Shown: piece after piece, positions 18,790 to 30,487 of the stretch
Position numbering within the stretch: the stretch's first letter is position 1
Layout: every line of letters begins with the position of its first letter
From: an uncultured delta proteobacterium
Lineage (GTDB): Bacteria; Myxococcota_A; Polyangia; Haliangiales; Haliangiaceae
Direction: 5' to 3'
Assembly: GCA_963743525.1 (NCBI GenBank)
Contig: CAVUQH010000003.1
Location: 1,184,001 to 1,248,000 of the forward strand
DNA length: 64,000 bases
Made by a program: the position numbers and the translations under genes
The notes under the pieces: model-generated
Told to the model about the DNA's origin: nothing
What the model saw: only the letters and a program-made list of their open reading frames with translations
The model's database searches: none

Positions 18790-21145
18790 TCAGGCCCCGG
18801 CCGCCGGGCGGCGCCTCGAGCAGCGCCTCGCCCCGCTCCTCGGTCGTGCGCCAGCGTCGGGGTCGAGGCCCGGGGCAGGTGAGCACGACGGCCACGTCGG
18901 GGTCGTGCGGCTCGAGCTCCCACAGCAGCGCCGGGCCGTTCGCCGTGCCAGCGGATGGCGAACGACAGCCGGCCGAAGCGGGTGGGCGCGTCGTGGACCT
19001 CGACGCCCTGCCCGTACCAGCGCTCGGGGATCATCGACACCAGCGCCAGACCGTCGGCGGTCTCGCGGACGAGCATCGTGCGCACGAACGACAGCAGCTC
19101 GGCGGCCGCCCAGCCGTGGTGGCCGTCGCCCATGCAGCCGCCGGCGACCCGGGGGTGGATCGCCTCGGGCCAGGTCCAGGTCGGCGTGGCGGCGGCCAGG
19201 AACCAGTCGAGCCGGTCGAGCGCCCGGCGGTCGCCGGCGAGCAGCTCGACGAAGGCCAGCTGCAGGGTGAGGTAGGTGCCGAGACCGGTGTGGCTGATGC
19301 CCTGGTAGAAGGCCTCGTCGATGCAGAACCGGTCGCGGACGACGTCGAGGGTGGCCTGCATGGCCGGGTCGTCGGCCGGCAGCAGCTCGAGCGGCCAGCA
19401 CCGCGGCCAGCGAACCGATGACGCCCGGGTCGATCCGGCGCCGCGGACCGGCCGGCACGGCCTCGGTGCCCGAGCCGCTCGGCGGTGACGGCCATGGAGC
19501 GCGCGCACGTCGGCGGTCATCGACTCGAGGAACTCGCCGGCCGCGGCGGCGGCGCTCGTCCTCGCCGGCGGCGCGCGAGCAGCCGGGCGCCGTCGCGGAG
19601 GCCGGCGAGCGCCCAGAAGTCGTCCCAGTAGAAGTAGTCGTGCGGGCCGAGGTGCTCGGCCGAGATGCCGGCGGGCAGCAGGCCGCGCGAGGGCGGGGTC
19701 GCTCGCGCCGGCTGCCGCCGGCGCTTGCGCTCGATCCACTCGACGCCGCCGGCGATCGACGGCACCAGCTCGTCGAGCAGCGTCGTCGTCGCGGGTCAGG
19801 TCCCAGTGGTGGGCCGAGCGCCCACAGGGCGGCGCCGTTGGCGTCCCACTCGAGCCGCTGGGAGAAGAAGAAGCCGTCGCTGTGCTGGCGTCCGGGATAC
19901 GAGGCCAGCACCTCGCGGGCCTCGTGGTGGAACCCGTAGCGGTCGAGCGCGGCCGAGCAGGTAGGCGGCGTCGCGGAACCAGAAGCGGTGGTAGGTGCGG
20001 GGCCCGGGCGTGATGTCGGCGCCGTCGTGGAACAGGAGCAGGTAGCGGCGGTTGGCGTCGACCGCCGACTGCAGCCGCTCGTCGGGCAGCACCAGGCGCA
20101 TGCCCCGGTCGGTCTGGCGTCTTCCAGCCCGTTGGCCACCTGCTCGGCCGAGGGCAGCGACGCCGGGGAAGCCCGGCGCCCGCTGCACCCGTCGCCGGGC
20201 CCGGCCGTCCAGGCGGGTGCGGGGTCGCGGCTCGAGCGGGCAGCGCCACCCGCAGCGTGGCGCGGTGCGGCAGCGGGTAGACGAACGCGGCCTGGGCCAT
20301 GCCGGCCTCGTCGCGCAGGTCGGCGGGGAACGACGGCTGCGGCGTCGCCGGCGAACACGGCGGTGGCGCAGTCGCCGTCGTGGAAGGTGGACGCGGCCAC
20401 GGCGTTCGGCGGCTGGCGGGGCAGCAGCATGGCGACCCGCCCGTCGACGGTGACCGTGGTGCCGTGCAGCCCGATGCGCTCGATGACCGACAGGCCCTCG
20501 GCGTCGTAGGGACGCACGGCGAGGGCGAGCGCGACCGGGCACGGCGGAGTCGTTCTCGATCTCGACGATGACCAGCTCCTCGCCGCCGTCGGCTGCGGTG
20601 GCCCGGACGGCGTACGGCGCGGTGGATGATGTCGCCGCCGGGCACCCGCATGCGCGGTCTCGACCACCGGCGAGTCGCCGACGAGCGCCTGGCGCACGTT
20701 GGCCTCGTCGGCCGGCACGTGCCAGCGGTCCTCGGCGCCGATCCACCAGTCGAGCGACCAGCCGTCGTGCCACGGGCGACACCAGACCCCGCGGGTCGAC
20801 CACGGCCTCGCGGGCCGAGCCGACGGTTGCCGATCATCGTCCAGTTGCGGCTGGTCACGTTGGACAGGAACGGGCAGGTGGCCGCGCGGCACGAACGCCG
20901 GCGAGGCCGGGTCGATCTGGCGCCGGAGCCAGAACGGCCACACCCAGTCGATGCCGATCTGGCTGGCCGCACGGGTGCGCAGCGCCCGGAACACGGTGCG
21001 GGCGCCGATGGGCAGCATCTCGCCGGGCGCCTGGATCTCGAGGTGCTCGCCGAGGCGCTGGAAGGTCGACAGGTGGCGGACGGTGTCGTCGTCGATGCGC
21101 AGCCGCCCGAGCAGCCGGCGCACCATCCAGGCACGCAGCGCTCAC
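18790..21145 (-). CDS. Large six-hairpin glycosidase-like hypothetical protein (heavily frameshifted)
   Basis: [89 protein letters not shown]. Confidence 0.7.
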
Positions 21146-22177
21146 CGGCTCGCCGAGCCCGTGCATCTCGCGAGCGGCTCTCGCGGTGGAGCAGACCCGG
21201 CGTAGGCCTCGTGCGCGCGTGCGCGCCCTCGTGGCACACGGCGACGACCTGGTCGGTGATCGGCGTCTCGACGCCGAGCGTCGCGGGCCAGCTCCTGCAC
21301 GACCCGGCAGCTCTTGACGCCCTCGGCGACCTGGTTCATCTCGTCGATGATCTCGTCGATGGTGCGGCCCTCGCCGAGCTGCTCGCCCACGTGGCGGTTG
21401 CGGCTCTGGGGCGAGATGCAGGTGGCGATGAGGTCGCCCATGCCGGCCAGGCCGGCGAAGGTCAGCGGCGAGCCGCCCAGGGCGACGCCGAGGCGGGTGA
21501 TCTCGGCCAGGCCGCGGGTGATGACCGCGGCCCGGGTGTTGTCGCCGGTGCCGAGCCCGTCGGCCATGCCCGACGGCGATGGCGATGACGTTCTTGAGCG
21601 CGCCGCCCAGCTCGCAGCCGACCACGTCGTCGTTGGTGTAGACGCGGAACAGGTCGGTGGCGAACACGCTCCTGGAGCGCGTCGGCGACGATCGTGGTCG
21701 TCCATGGCGATCACCGAGGCGGCGGCGTGCGCCGGCCAGGATCTCCTTGGCCAGGTTCGGGCCGGTGAGCACGCCGACGGGGTGGCCGGGCAGCACCTCG
21801 TGGATGACCTCGGTCATGCGCAGGCCGGTGCCCAGCTCGAGGCCCTTGGTGAGGCTGACGACCGGCACCCACGGCCGGAGGTGCGGGCGCCGCCTCGCGC
21901 GAGCGTCGGCGCGGAAGCCGTGCGACGGGCACGCCCATGACCAGCAGGTCGGCCGTGTCGACGCGCCTCGGCCAGGTCGGTCGGTGGCGCGCGAGGACTC
22001 GGGTGCAGGTCGAACCGTCGAGGTAGCGCGCGGTTGCGGTGCTCGTCGTTGATCTCGCTCGGCCAGTCTCGGCCGAGCGGGCCCACAGGATGGTGGGGGC
22101 GTTGTGGGCGCAGCAGGTGGGCGACCGTGGTGCCCCACGACCCGCCGCCGAGCACGGCGACGTCTGATCGACGACAT
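21142..22177 (-). CDS. gpsA: NAD(P)H-dependent glycerol-3-phosphate dehydrogenase (frameshifted)
   Basis: [62 protein letters not shown]. Confidence 0.92.
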
Positions 22178-22249
22178 GGCCCGCACCCTAGTGACGCCGG
22201 CGCGTCCCGGGCGGCCCGACGGCGGCGGCGGTCCGTACACTGCGGCCGC

Positions 22250-22837
22250 ATGCCCGACTCGCCGCCGTCGCCGTCGTCGTCCCGGTGAAGGCCTTCGCCC
22301 GGGCCAAGGTGCGCCTGGCCGCCGAGCTCGACCCGGCCGAGCGGGCCGCGCTCGCCCGGCGGATGGCCGACCATCGTGCGTCGCCGCCGCCGCGCCCGCT
22401 GCCGGTGGCGGTCGTGTGCGACGACGACGACGGTCGCGGCGCTGGGCCGAGCCGACGTCGGCGCCGAGGTCGATCTGGACGCCGGGCCTGGGCCTCAACG
22501 GCGCGGTGCAGGCCGGGGTCGCCGAGCTGGCGCGACGGCGGCGTCGACACCGGTCGTCGTCGCCCACGCCGACCTCCCGCTCGCCACCTCGCTGGCCTGG
22601 GTCGCGGCCACGCCGGGCGTCACCCTCGTGCCCGACCGCCGCGCACGACGGCACCAACGTCATCGCCGTGCCCACCGGCCGCGGGCTTCCGCTTCGCCTA
22701 CGGCGCCGGCTCGTTCGACGCGCCACCGCGCCGAGGCCGACGCGCCTCGGCCTGCCGCTGCGGGTCGTGCGCGACGCCCGGCTGGGCTGGGACGTCGACC
22801 TGCCCGCCGACCTCGGCCTGCCCGCACCGACCGCTGA
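22250..22837 (+). CDS. cofC: CofC/FbiD guanylyltransferase for F420 biosynthesis (frameshifted)
   Basis: VPVKAFARAKVRL, GLNGAV, AHADLPL, PDR..DGTNV, FRFAYGAGSF, WDVDLPADL. Confidence 0.85.
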
Positions 22838-22849
22838 GCGCTGCCCGAC

Positions 22850-23635
22850 GCTGCCCGACGTCCGACGCCCGACCCGCGCGCCGCCGACCGACCGTCGGCC
22901 GCGACCTGCCCGTGCCCGGCTCGGCGCTGGCCATCGGCGCCCACCCCGACGACGTCGAGTTCGGCTGCGGCGCCACGCTGGCCAAGTGGGCGGCCGCCGG
23001 CTGCGTGGTGCACCACCTGGTCTGCACCGACGGCTCGAAGGGCACGTGGGACCCCGACGCCGGACCCGCCGACGCTGGTCGCCACCCGCCAGGTCGAGCA
23101 GCGGGCCGCGGCCGAGGCCCTGGGCGCCACCGGCGAGGTCGTGTTCCTCGGCTGGCCCGACGGCGAGCTCGACTCGTCGGCTCGCGCCAGCGCTGGCAGG
23201 TGGCGTACTGGATCCGCCGGCTGCGGCCCGACCGTCGTGCTCGGCCACGACCCGTGGAAGCGCTACCGGCTCCACCCCGACCACCGCCACGCCGGCCTGC
23301 TGGCCGTCGACGGCATCGTGGCCGCCCGCGACCCGCACTTCTTCCCCGAGCAGGACGCTCGCCCACCACCGGCCCGACGTCGCTGCTGCTGTTCGAGGCC
23401 GACGAGCCCGACCACGTCGAGGACGTCACCGACCACGTCGACGCCAAGCTCGCCGCGCTGCGGGCCCACCGCTCGCAGTTCCGCTCGACCATGGGCGTCG
23501 ACCCCGACGACCCCGACGGCCGAGGACGCAGTGGGAGCGCTTCGCCGACCGCATCCGCGCCCGGCTGGCCGAGTGGGGCCAGCCTCGGCGGCTGCGACCT
23601 ACGGCGAGGGCTTCAAGCTGATCGACCGGCTCTAG
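22850..23635 (+). CDS. PIG-L/LmbE family deacetylase (start approximate, frameshifted)
   Basis: AIGAHPDDVEFGCG, CTDGSKG, HDPWKRYRLHPDHRHAG, AHRSQF. Confidence 0.85.
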   Translation, partial: AARRPTPDPRAADRPSAATCPCPARRWPSAPTPTTSSSAAAPRWPSGRPPAAWCTTWSAPTARRARGTPTPDPPTLVATRQVEQRAAAEALGATGEVVFLGWPDGELDSSARASAGRWRTGSAGCGPTVVLGHDPWKRYRLHPDHRHAGLLAVDGIVAARDPHFFPEQDARPPPARRRCCCSRPTSPTTSRTSPTTSTPSSPRCGPTARSSARPWASTPTTPTAEDAVGALRRPHPRPAGRVGPASAAATYGEGFKLIDRL

Positions 23636-24478
23636 ACGACCGGCGTGCCGTTGCGGATGCGCCGGCGGGTGTCCCAGCCGTAGACGTTGAACGGGAACTG
23701 GCGCACGACGCGGGGCAGGTGCTGGTCGACGCTCGCCCAGGTGCGCATCATGCGTCTCGAACGCCCGCTGGCGGCGGCCGTCCCACGGCAGGCCGAGCTC
23801 GGCCCGGAACGGCTCGGGCAGGAACCCCAGCGTCTGGAACTGCACGAGCGGCCCCACCAGCTGCGGCCAGCGGTGTCGGCAGGAACGACGCCCGGGCGAT
23901 GCCGCGCAGGTAGCCGCGCGTGAGGTCGTCCATCTCGGATGTGGGCGACCTCGGCGGCCCAGTACTCGGCGAAGGCCTGGCGGTCGGCCGGCCACTGCTC
24001 GCTCGCGGACCTGCAGCGTGGTGCCGAGGCGCGAGCAGTACCGGTAGAGGCGCTCGGCGGTGTCGTCGTCGAGATCGGGGTTGAGCAGCCGCTGGACGTC
24101 CTCGACCCCCTTGTAGAGGCAGGCCGCCACCCACAGCTGCAGCTGCGGGTCGAACGCGTCGAACGCCACCGGGTCGCCGGGCCCGGAGTGCACGTGGCGG
24201 TGCACGCTGTTGATGTCGTGGCGGATCGCCGCCGCGCTCGTCGTCGGTACCGGTGAGGGCGATGACGAGGTAGGCCAGCGTGGTCCGTGTCCGCTTCAGC
24301 GGGTGCGTCGTCGATGCGGCCGCTGGTCACCGGGCTCTTGGCGACGCCGTGCCCGACCGGCAGCTTCGACAGCTGCATGATGACGTTGGCGCCGGCAGCG
24401 GCCATCCCGATGCCGTGCAGCGAGTCCTCGACCAGAGCGGCGATGTCGGCGTCCGAGCGGGGGGCGGTCGGCGACCAT
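23632..24478 (-). CDS. MpaB/DUF2236 oxygenase family protein (frameshifted)
   Basis: AGANVIMQL..PVGHGV, YLVIA, AFDPQLQLWVAACLYKG, LGTTLQV, GFLPEPFRAELGLPW. Confidence 0.8.
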
Positions 24479-24536
24479 GGCGGCAGCCTAGGCAGCCGGA
24501 ATGTCTGGATCGCGCGTCCGGATCCCGGACCAGGCG

Positions 24537-25132
24537 TCAGTTGACGGACGGGTCGGGCGGGAAGTGGGCCACGGCTCGCAGCGGCCCCCGCTGGCGGCGG
24601 AGCACGTCGCGCCACAGCGTCTCGGGCGACGTCGGTGAACACGTCGTCGTCCTCGGCGTCGAGCGACGTACCAGCCGCCCAGCTCGATCTCGCCCTCGAG
24701 CTGCCCGCCGCTCCAGCCGGCGTAGCCGGCGAAGACCCGCAGGGCGGTGATGCCGCCGGGCGCATCGGACGGGTCGCCGTGCAGGTCGACCACGCCGATG
24801 CCGTGGTGAGCGGCCGGAACGACGACGTCGGTCGTCGACCGTGCCGTCCTCGTCGAACAGGTCGGCGACCTCGCGGGCCGGCACTCGGGCAGCGAGCCAG
24901 GCAGATCGCGCCCTCGGGGCTGACCGGGCCACCGACGTAGATGCGGTCGTCGTCGCCCACGTAGGGCGCCCAGGTGGGCACGGCGTCATGCACCGGCGAC
25001 CTCGCCGGGGCGGTTGAGCACCAGCCCCAGGGCTCCGTCGGCGGAGTGCTCGATCAGGTACACCACGGTGCGGCGGAAGTTGGGGTCGTCCATCGTCGGT
25101 TCGGCGACCAGCAGCCGGCCCCGCAGGCTCAT
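24537..25132 (-). CDS. YqgE/AlgH family protein (frameshifted)
   Basis: [58 protein letters not shown]. Confidence 0.9.
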
Positions 25133-25148
25133 GCGCTCCCCCTCGTCC

Positions 25149-26062
25149 TCAGCGGCCGACGGCCTTCTGCTCGTCGGTGCGGAGGTCGCCGGCGCGGATG
25201 TCGAGACCGAACGAACTCGCTCGAAGCGGTCGAAGTACTCGTCGTCGTTGGCCGCGCGCGCCGAGCGCCAGCCACTCGCTCGTCGCTGACGCCGGCGCGG
25301 CCGTCGGCCAGCTGCTCGCCGCCGTAGGCGCACGGCGTAGCGCAGGCGGGCCGAGGGGTCGTCGATGGCCTGCTGCACGACCTCGGCGACCACCGACGGG
25401 CGGACGTTGGCCTCGATGCCCGTGGCGTAGAAGGCGAACATGCGGCGGTAGGCGTCCGCGTAGGGGGAGTCCGCGTGCAGGTCCTGGTGCTTGGCCAGCA
25501 GGGCGGTGCGGGTGACGCCCGGCTCGATGACCTTCACCCGGATGCCGAAGGGCGCCAGCTCCTGGGCGAGGTTCTCGCTCAGGCACTCGAGCGCCCACTT
25601 CGACGAGGCGTACACCGCCTGGGCGAGGGCGGCGAAGCGCCCGGCGACCGACGAGACGTTGACGATCGTGCCCGGGCCCCGCTCGCGCATCGCCGGGCAG
25701 CACCGCCTGGGTGCAGCGCACGACGCCCCAGTAGTTGACGTCGAAGACGACCTTGCCCTCGTCGATGTCGATCTCCTCGACGACCGCGTTGTAACCGAGG
25801 CCGGCGTTGTTGACGAGGACGTCGACGCGGCCCTCGGCGTCGAGCACCTGCCCGATGCCCCGGCGCACCGACTCGTCGTCGGACACGTCGAGCTCGACGG
25901 CGTGGACGGCGGCGCCGGCGGCTGCGGCCTCGTCCTGGCAGCTTGTGCGCCCTTGCCGAGGTCGCGCATCGTGCCGTAGACGGTGTGGCCGGCAGCGGCG
26001 AGGTGGACGGCGGTGGCCCGGCCGATGCCGGAGTTCGCACCCGTGACGACGATGACGGCCAT
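25149..26062 (-). CDS. SDR family oxidoreductase (frameshifted, 3' end approximate)
   Basis: [34 protein letters not shown]. Confidence 0.88.
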
Positions 26063-26102
26063 GGCGCCGAGTCTGGCACGGCCGCCCGTAGGGTCGCGCG
26101 TC

Positions 26103-26330
26103 GTGCTGGAGGACGGGACCTACGACGCGCTCGGTGTTCGACGCCGAGGACACCGAGGCGACCGACGACGGCGCGTCACGGTCGAGCTCACGATCCTCGC
26201 CGGCGACCACAAGGGCGAGGTCGTGTCGCTGAGCTCGACCGACTGGAGCGGGGACGCCCTGGACCTGCTCGGCATCCCGGCCACCATCACCGTCGCCGAC
26301 GGGCACCCCTCAGTCGTCTTCGAGCCCTGA
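26103..26330 (+). CDS. Small hypothetical protein (frameshifted)
   Basis: [10 protein letters not shown]...[17 protein letters not shown]...[19 protein letters not shown] -10 upstream. Confidence 0.6.
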   Translation: MLEDGTYDALGVRRRGHRGDRRRRVTVELTILAGDHKGEVVSLSSTDWSGDALDLLGIPATITVADGHPSVVFEP

Positions 26331-26753
26331 CAACGTTCGGCCGGCCACGGCGCGGATGCGGGCCGCGACGCTCGGCGGCGTGCGCGTCGGATCCGTACTT
26401 CGTCCGGGGCCAGAAGAAGCCGCGCAGGCCGTCGCCCTTGGTACGGGGCACGACGTGGACGTGCAGGTGGGGCACGCTCTGGCTCACGGTGTTGTTGATG
26501 GCGACGAAGCTGCCCTGGGCGCCCAGCGCCTCGACCATGGCCGCCGACAGCCGCTGCGCCCGCTCGAAGAACGGACCCACCGAGCTCGGCCGGCAGGTCG
26601 GCCAGGGTCTCCACGTGGTCGCCGGGGGACGAGCAGCACGTGGCCGGGAAAGAGCGGCCGCGATGTCGAGGAAGCCCACGGCCACGTCGTCGTCGAGCAC
26701 GACGTGCGCCGGAGCATCCCCGGCACGATCCGACAGAACACACACGAGGCCAT
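26310..26753 (-). CDS. HIT family protein (frameshifted)
   Basis: CVFCRIV, PLFPGHVLLVP, SQSVPHLHVHVVPR. Confidence 0.88.
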
Positions 26754-26803
26754 GCCCGCATCCTGCCCGCTCGACCGGGTAGAGGGACGACCGTGGGTCG
26801 GCC

Positions 26804-26926
26804 AGTACCTACGTCCGCGACGTGTTCGCCTCCTTCAACAACGACTGGCTCGGCAACGCGGTCGTCGACGCCGGCGATCTCCGGGACGACCTCGCACCGT
26901 GGACACCCTCGGTGACCAGCACCTGA
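26804..26926 (+). pseudogene. Possible remnant of a DUF72 family gene (C-terminal end only)
   Basis: Frame reading RDVFASFNNDWLGNAVVDAGDLR resembles the DUF72 C-terminal FNND motif; no upstream gene body. Confidence 0.45.
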
Positions 26927-27066
26927 GCAGGCCGCCACCACCATCCGCGTCCGCCGGCGCGCCCGGGGCCATCATCAAGAGCAGTGTTCGTCCGTTCCTT
27001 GGCACGACGACCCGGCCGAGTCCCGGCCCCGGCGATCAGCCGTGCCCTGCGCCCCCAGGAGGCTGC

Positions 27067-28485
27067 ATGACCCCGGACCCCGCACTCGTCGTCGACGCGC
27101 CCAGCGCACCGGTCGATCCCCTCGCCGGGCGAGCGCGACCACGCGGACCCAGGTGGTCCTGGACACGTCGGCACTCGTCGCGGACCCCGAGGGCGTGTTC
27201 CACGGCTACGAGGGCGAGGACCTGATCATCCCGCTCACGGTCATCGAGGAGCTCGACGGGCTGAAGAAGCGGCTCGACGCGGTGGGCATGGCGGCCCGCG
27301 ACGTCCTGCGCCGCATCGAGAAGGTGCGCATGGACGCCGGCGGCGACCTCGAGACGCGCCAGCCGCTGCCGGGCGGGGCCACCGTGCGGGTCGCCCTCAA
27401 CGGCGTGCAGACCGGCCTGCTCCGCGAGCACGGCCTCGACCCCGAGAAGCCCGACAACCGCATCATCGGCGCCGCCCTCGGCCAGCGCTCAGCCGGGCGG
27501 CCCCGACGTGCGCCTGGTGTCCAACGACACCGGCATGCGGGTCAAGGCGGCCACGTTCGGCCTCGGCCAGCGGCGAGCACGACCCGCTCGACGCCGCCCG
27601 CCGCACCGGCGACGAGGACCACGGGTGGCGCGAGCTCCAGGTCGAACCCGCCCTGGTCGACGCGCCTCTACGCCGGCGACCACAACCCGCCGGGCGCCGA
27701 CGTCGTCACCGCCGCGCTGCGCTGCAACGAGTTCGGCGTGCTCCACGCCGGCAGCCAGTCGGCGCTGGTCCGCCGCCGGCCCGACGGCCTGGCGCTGGTA
27801 CCCAACGACCACCACGCCTGGGACCTGCGGCCCCGCAACAAGGAGCAGCGCTTCGCGCTCGACCTGCTGCTCGACGACGACGTCAAGGTCGTCGCCCTCG
27901 ACGGTCCGGCCGGCACCGGCAAGACCCTCACCGCCGTCGCCGCGGCGCTCCAGCTCGTGGTCGAGGAACGGCGCTACTCACGCATCTGCGTGTACCGGCC
28001 GGTGGTCCCGTCGGCAAGGCCGACGTCGGCTACCTGCCCGGCACGCTCGACGAGAAGCTCGACCCGTGGATGGCGGCCATCACCGACGCCGTCGTACGCC
28101 CTCACCGGGCCCGACCCCAGCGGCGACCGCAACCGCGAGGACGCCACCGAGGTCCTCGACGAGATCCGGGCCCGTGGGCAGCTGACCATGGAGTCGGTGA
28201 CCCACCTGCGGGGCCGCACCCTGCACTCGAGCTTCGTGATCATCGACGAGTCGATGAACCTGTCGCCCCAGGTCGGCAAGACGATCCTCACCCGCATCGC
28301 CGCCGACTCCAAGGTGGTGTTCACCGGCGACACCAGCCAGATCGACGCCGCCTTCCTGTCCGAGCAGACCAACGCCCTCACCGCCCTGGTCGACCGCCTT
28401 CGCCGGCCAGCAGTGCTTCGGTCACGTCCGCCTGGTCCGGGGCGAGCGATCGCCGCTGGCCGAGCTCGCCGCCCGGCTGCTCTGA
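27067..28485 (+). CDS. phoH2: PIN-PhoH (PhoH2) protein (frameshifted)
   Basis: VVLDTSALV, VIEELDGLK, DNRII, VSND; RPRNKEQ, GPAGTGKT, GYLPG, LRGRTL, IIDE, FTGDTSQID. Confidence 0.9.
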
Positions 28486-28625
28486 GGACATTCACCACAT
28501 TTTTCCCTCTCTCTGTACTCGCACCACTACCGGTAGTAGTGTTGTGGCCACCTGACCACGCGCAGTGCAGCCCGGTGCGCGTGGGCACGGGAACCGTCGA
28601 TCCGGAGAGTTTTGGGGAGAGGGCT

Positions 28626-28928
28626 GTGGACCACGACGTCATCGCATTGAGGAGCTGGGCGGGCCAGAACTGGATGGCCCGAGCCGAGTGCGCGGGGAAG
28701 ACGAGCCTGTTCTTCCCGCCGCTGGCCGAGCGCCCGCAGGCCCGGGCGCGCCGCGAGGCCAAGGCCGCCGAGCTGTGCCGGAACTGCCCGTCGCGGGTGC
28801 CGTGCCGCGACTACGCCCGCAACCACCGCGAGTTCGGGTTCTGGGGCGGCGAGAACGAGGAGCAGCGCACCCGCGCCGGCTTCCCCGTGCCCAACCCCAT
28901 CGGCGCCCGTCGCCGGGCTGCCAGCTGA
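28626..28928 (+). CDS. WhiB family Fe-S transcription factor
   Basis: WMARAEC, LFF, CRNC, C, GFWGGENEEQR. Confidence 0.9.
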   Translation: MDHDVIALRSWAGQNWMARAECAGKTSLFFPPLAERPQARARREAKAAELCRNCPSRVPCRDYARNHREFGFWGGENEEQRTRAGFPVPNPIGARRRAAS

Positions 28929-28995
28929 CCGGACCGGCGACGGACCCACCGGTCATCCGACCGACGGGCGTCACCGCTCCGTAGCATCCACCGAG

Positions 28996-29744
28996 GTGCC
29001 CGCGGACGACCACACCACGCCGAGCGATCCCGCCGAGGACGACCCCGGACGCCCGACGCGCCACGGCTGCCCACGCCCGAGGAGCTGTCCACCTACCGAC
29101 CGGCGCAGGACCTGTTCGTGGCCCTGCTCGACATCGTCTCCGAGGCCACGCTCGGTCGTCCGCTCCGGCCCCGGCTGAAGGTGACGCCCGCCGGCCTGCT
29201 CCGGGGCGAGGTCGACCTGGTCAAGATCGAGCTCCCGGCCTACGCGGTGGCCGGCCTCGTGGTCGACCGCTTCGTCGTGCGAGCCGAGCGCGTGCGGGTC
29301 GTGCCCGGCTTTCCGCCCACACTCGTGGCCGAACCCGTCGGTCTGCGGGCGGTCGTGTCGCAGGCCAACGTCGACCGCTGGACGCGCGACCTGCGTCTGC
29401 CGGTCCGGCTCCGCCTCACCGAGCAGGGCGTGGTGACCACGACGGGCATCGGGGGCATCCGCGTCACCGAGCTGGTCACCGAGCCGACCATCGCCGGCGG
29501 CTTCTTGAAGCTGCAACCACTGCGGGCCTCGATGCTCGGGGTGCCGGCACCGTTGCTCCGCTTCGTGCGCGGCTACCTGCCCCTGCCGCCGCTCCCCCGC
29601 AGCGCCAAGCTCGAGTCCGTCGACCCCAGCGATGGCGAGCTCACGCTGACCTTCCGCATCGAGCGCTTCGAGCAGCCGCTCACACCGGCGGTCACGTCCC
29701 GACTGCGCAACCTGCTCGACCTGCCGCTCCCTGGTCTGCGCTGA
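28996..29744 (+). CDS. Hypothetical protein, possibly LmeA/DUF2993-like (start uncertain, frameshift near 29100)
   Basis: 208-aa beta-rich ORF at 29118-29744 with GLLRGEVDLVKI and LPLPPLP..LESV. Confidence 0.55.
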
Positions 29745-29832
29745 GCGACCGGCCCGTGCCGGAGGGGGATCCACCGCTGTCGGTCACAGGGTCCCTACGC
29801 TTCGATCAGCACGGACCAGGGGGTGTGACCGG

Positions 29833-30448
29833 ATGCGTCGCTTGCCGATCTACGGACTCGACATCGAGACCGACACGACGGTGGACGGGCTCGACCCGAG
29901 CGTGTCCCGCATCGTCGCCGTGGCCCTGTCCACCGACGTGCGACGAGCTGTTCGAGGGGCCCGAGGACGAGCTGCTCGCCGACCTCGACACCCGGCTCGC
30001 CGAGCTGCCCGCCGGCGTGATCGCCACGTGGAACGGCTCGGCGTTCGACCTGCCCTTCATCGCCGACCGGGCCGCTCGCTGGCGGCTCCGCCTCGGCCTG
30101 CACCTGGCCGCCGACCCGCGCATCCGGCACCGGCACGACCCGCTCCCCGGCCACGACCACTGCTACCGGGCCGGCTGGTACGGCCACCAGCACCTCGACG
30201 CCTACCGGGTGTACCGCGACGACGTCGGCCCCGCCCTGCGCATCTCGTGCTCGCTCAAGTCCATCGCCCGCTTCGTGGGGCTGGCGCCCATCGAGGTCGA
30301 CCGCGCCCGCATCCACGACCTGTCCCGCGAGGCGCTCCACGCCTACGCCGCCTCCGACGCCCGCCTGGCACGGGTACTCACCGAACGTCGGTGGACCACG
30401 GCGTCACGGCGCATCGACCAGCTGCCGCTCCACGCCGCCGCCGGCTGA
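29833..30448 (+). CDS. Stand-alone DEDD 3'-5' exonuclease (PolB-exo/RNase H-like); frameshift near 29940
   Basis: GLDIETD (ExoI), TWNGSAFDLPFI (ExoII), HLDAYR, SLKSIA, YAASDA (ExoIII). Confidence 0.85.
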
Positions 30449-30487
30449 GCCGTTCACTTCGCCCACCTCTGGAGTTGTTCGCCCAGA

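Noticed and set aside
18123..21239. 1038-aa ORF and other long Arg/Pro/Ala-rich ORFs in the track
   Set aside because: Shadow or chimeric frames typical of very high GC DNA with few stop codons; only parts match real genes
27042..28928. Apparent PhoH-WhiB fusion ORF (628 aa)
   Set aside because: Caused by frameshifts; phoH2 has its own stop at 28483-28485 followed by a promoter-like gap
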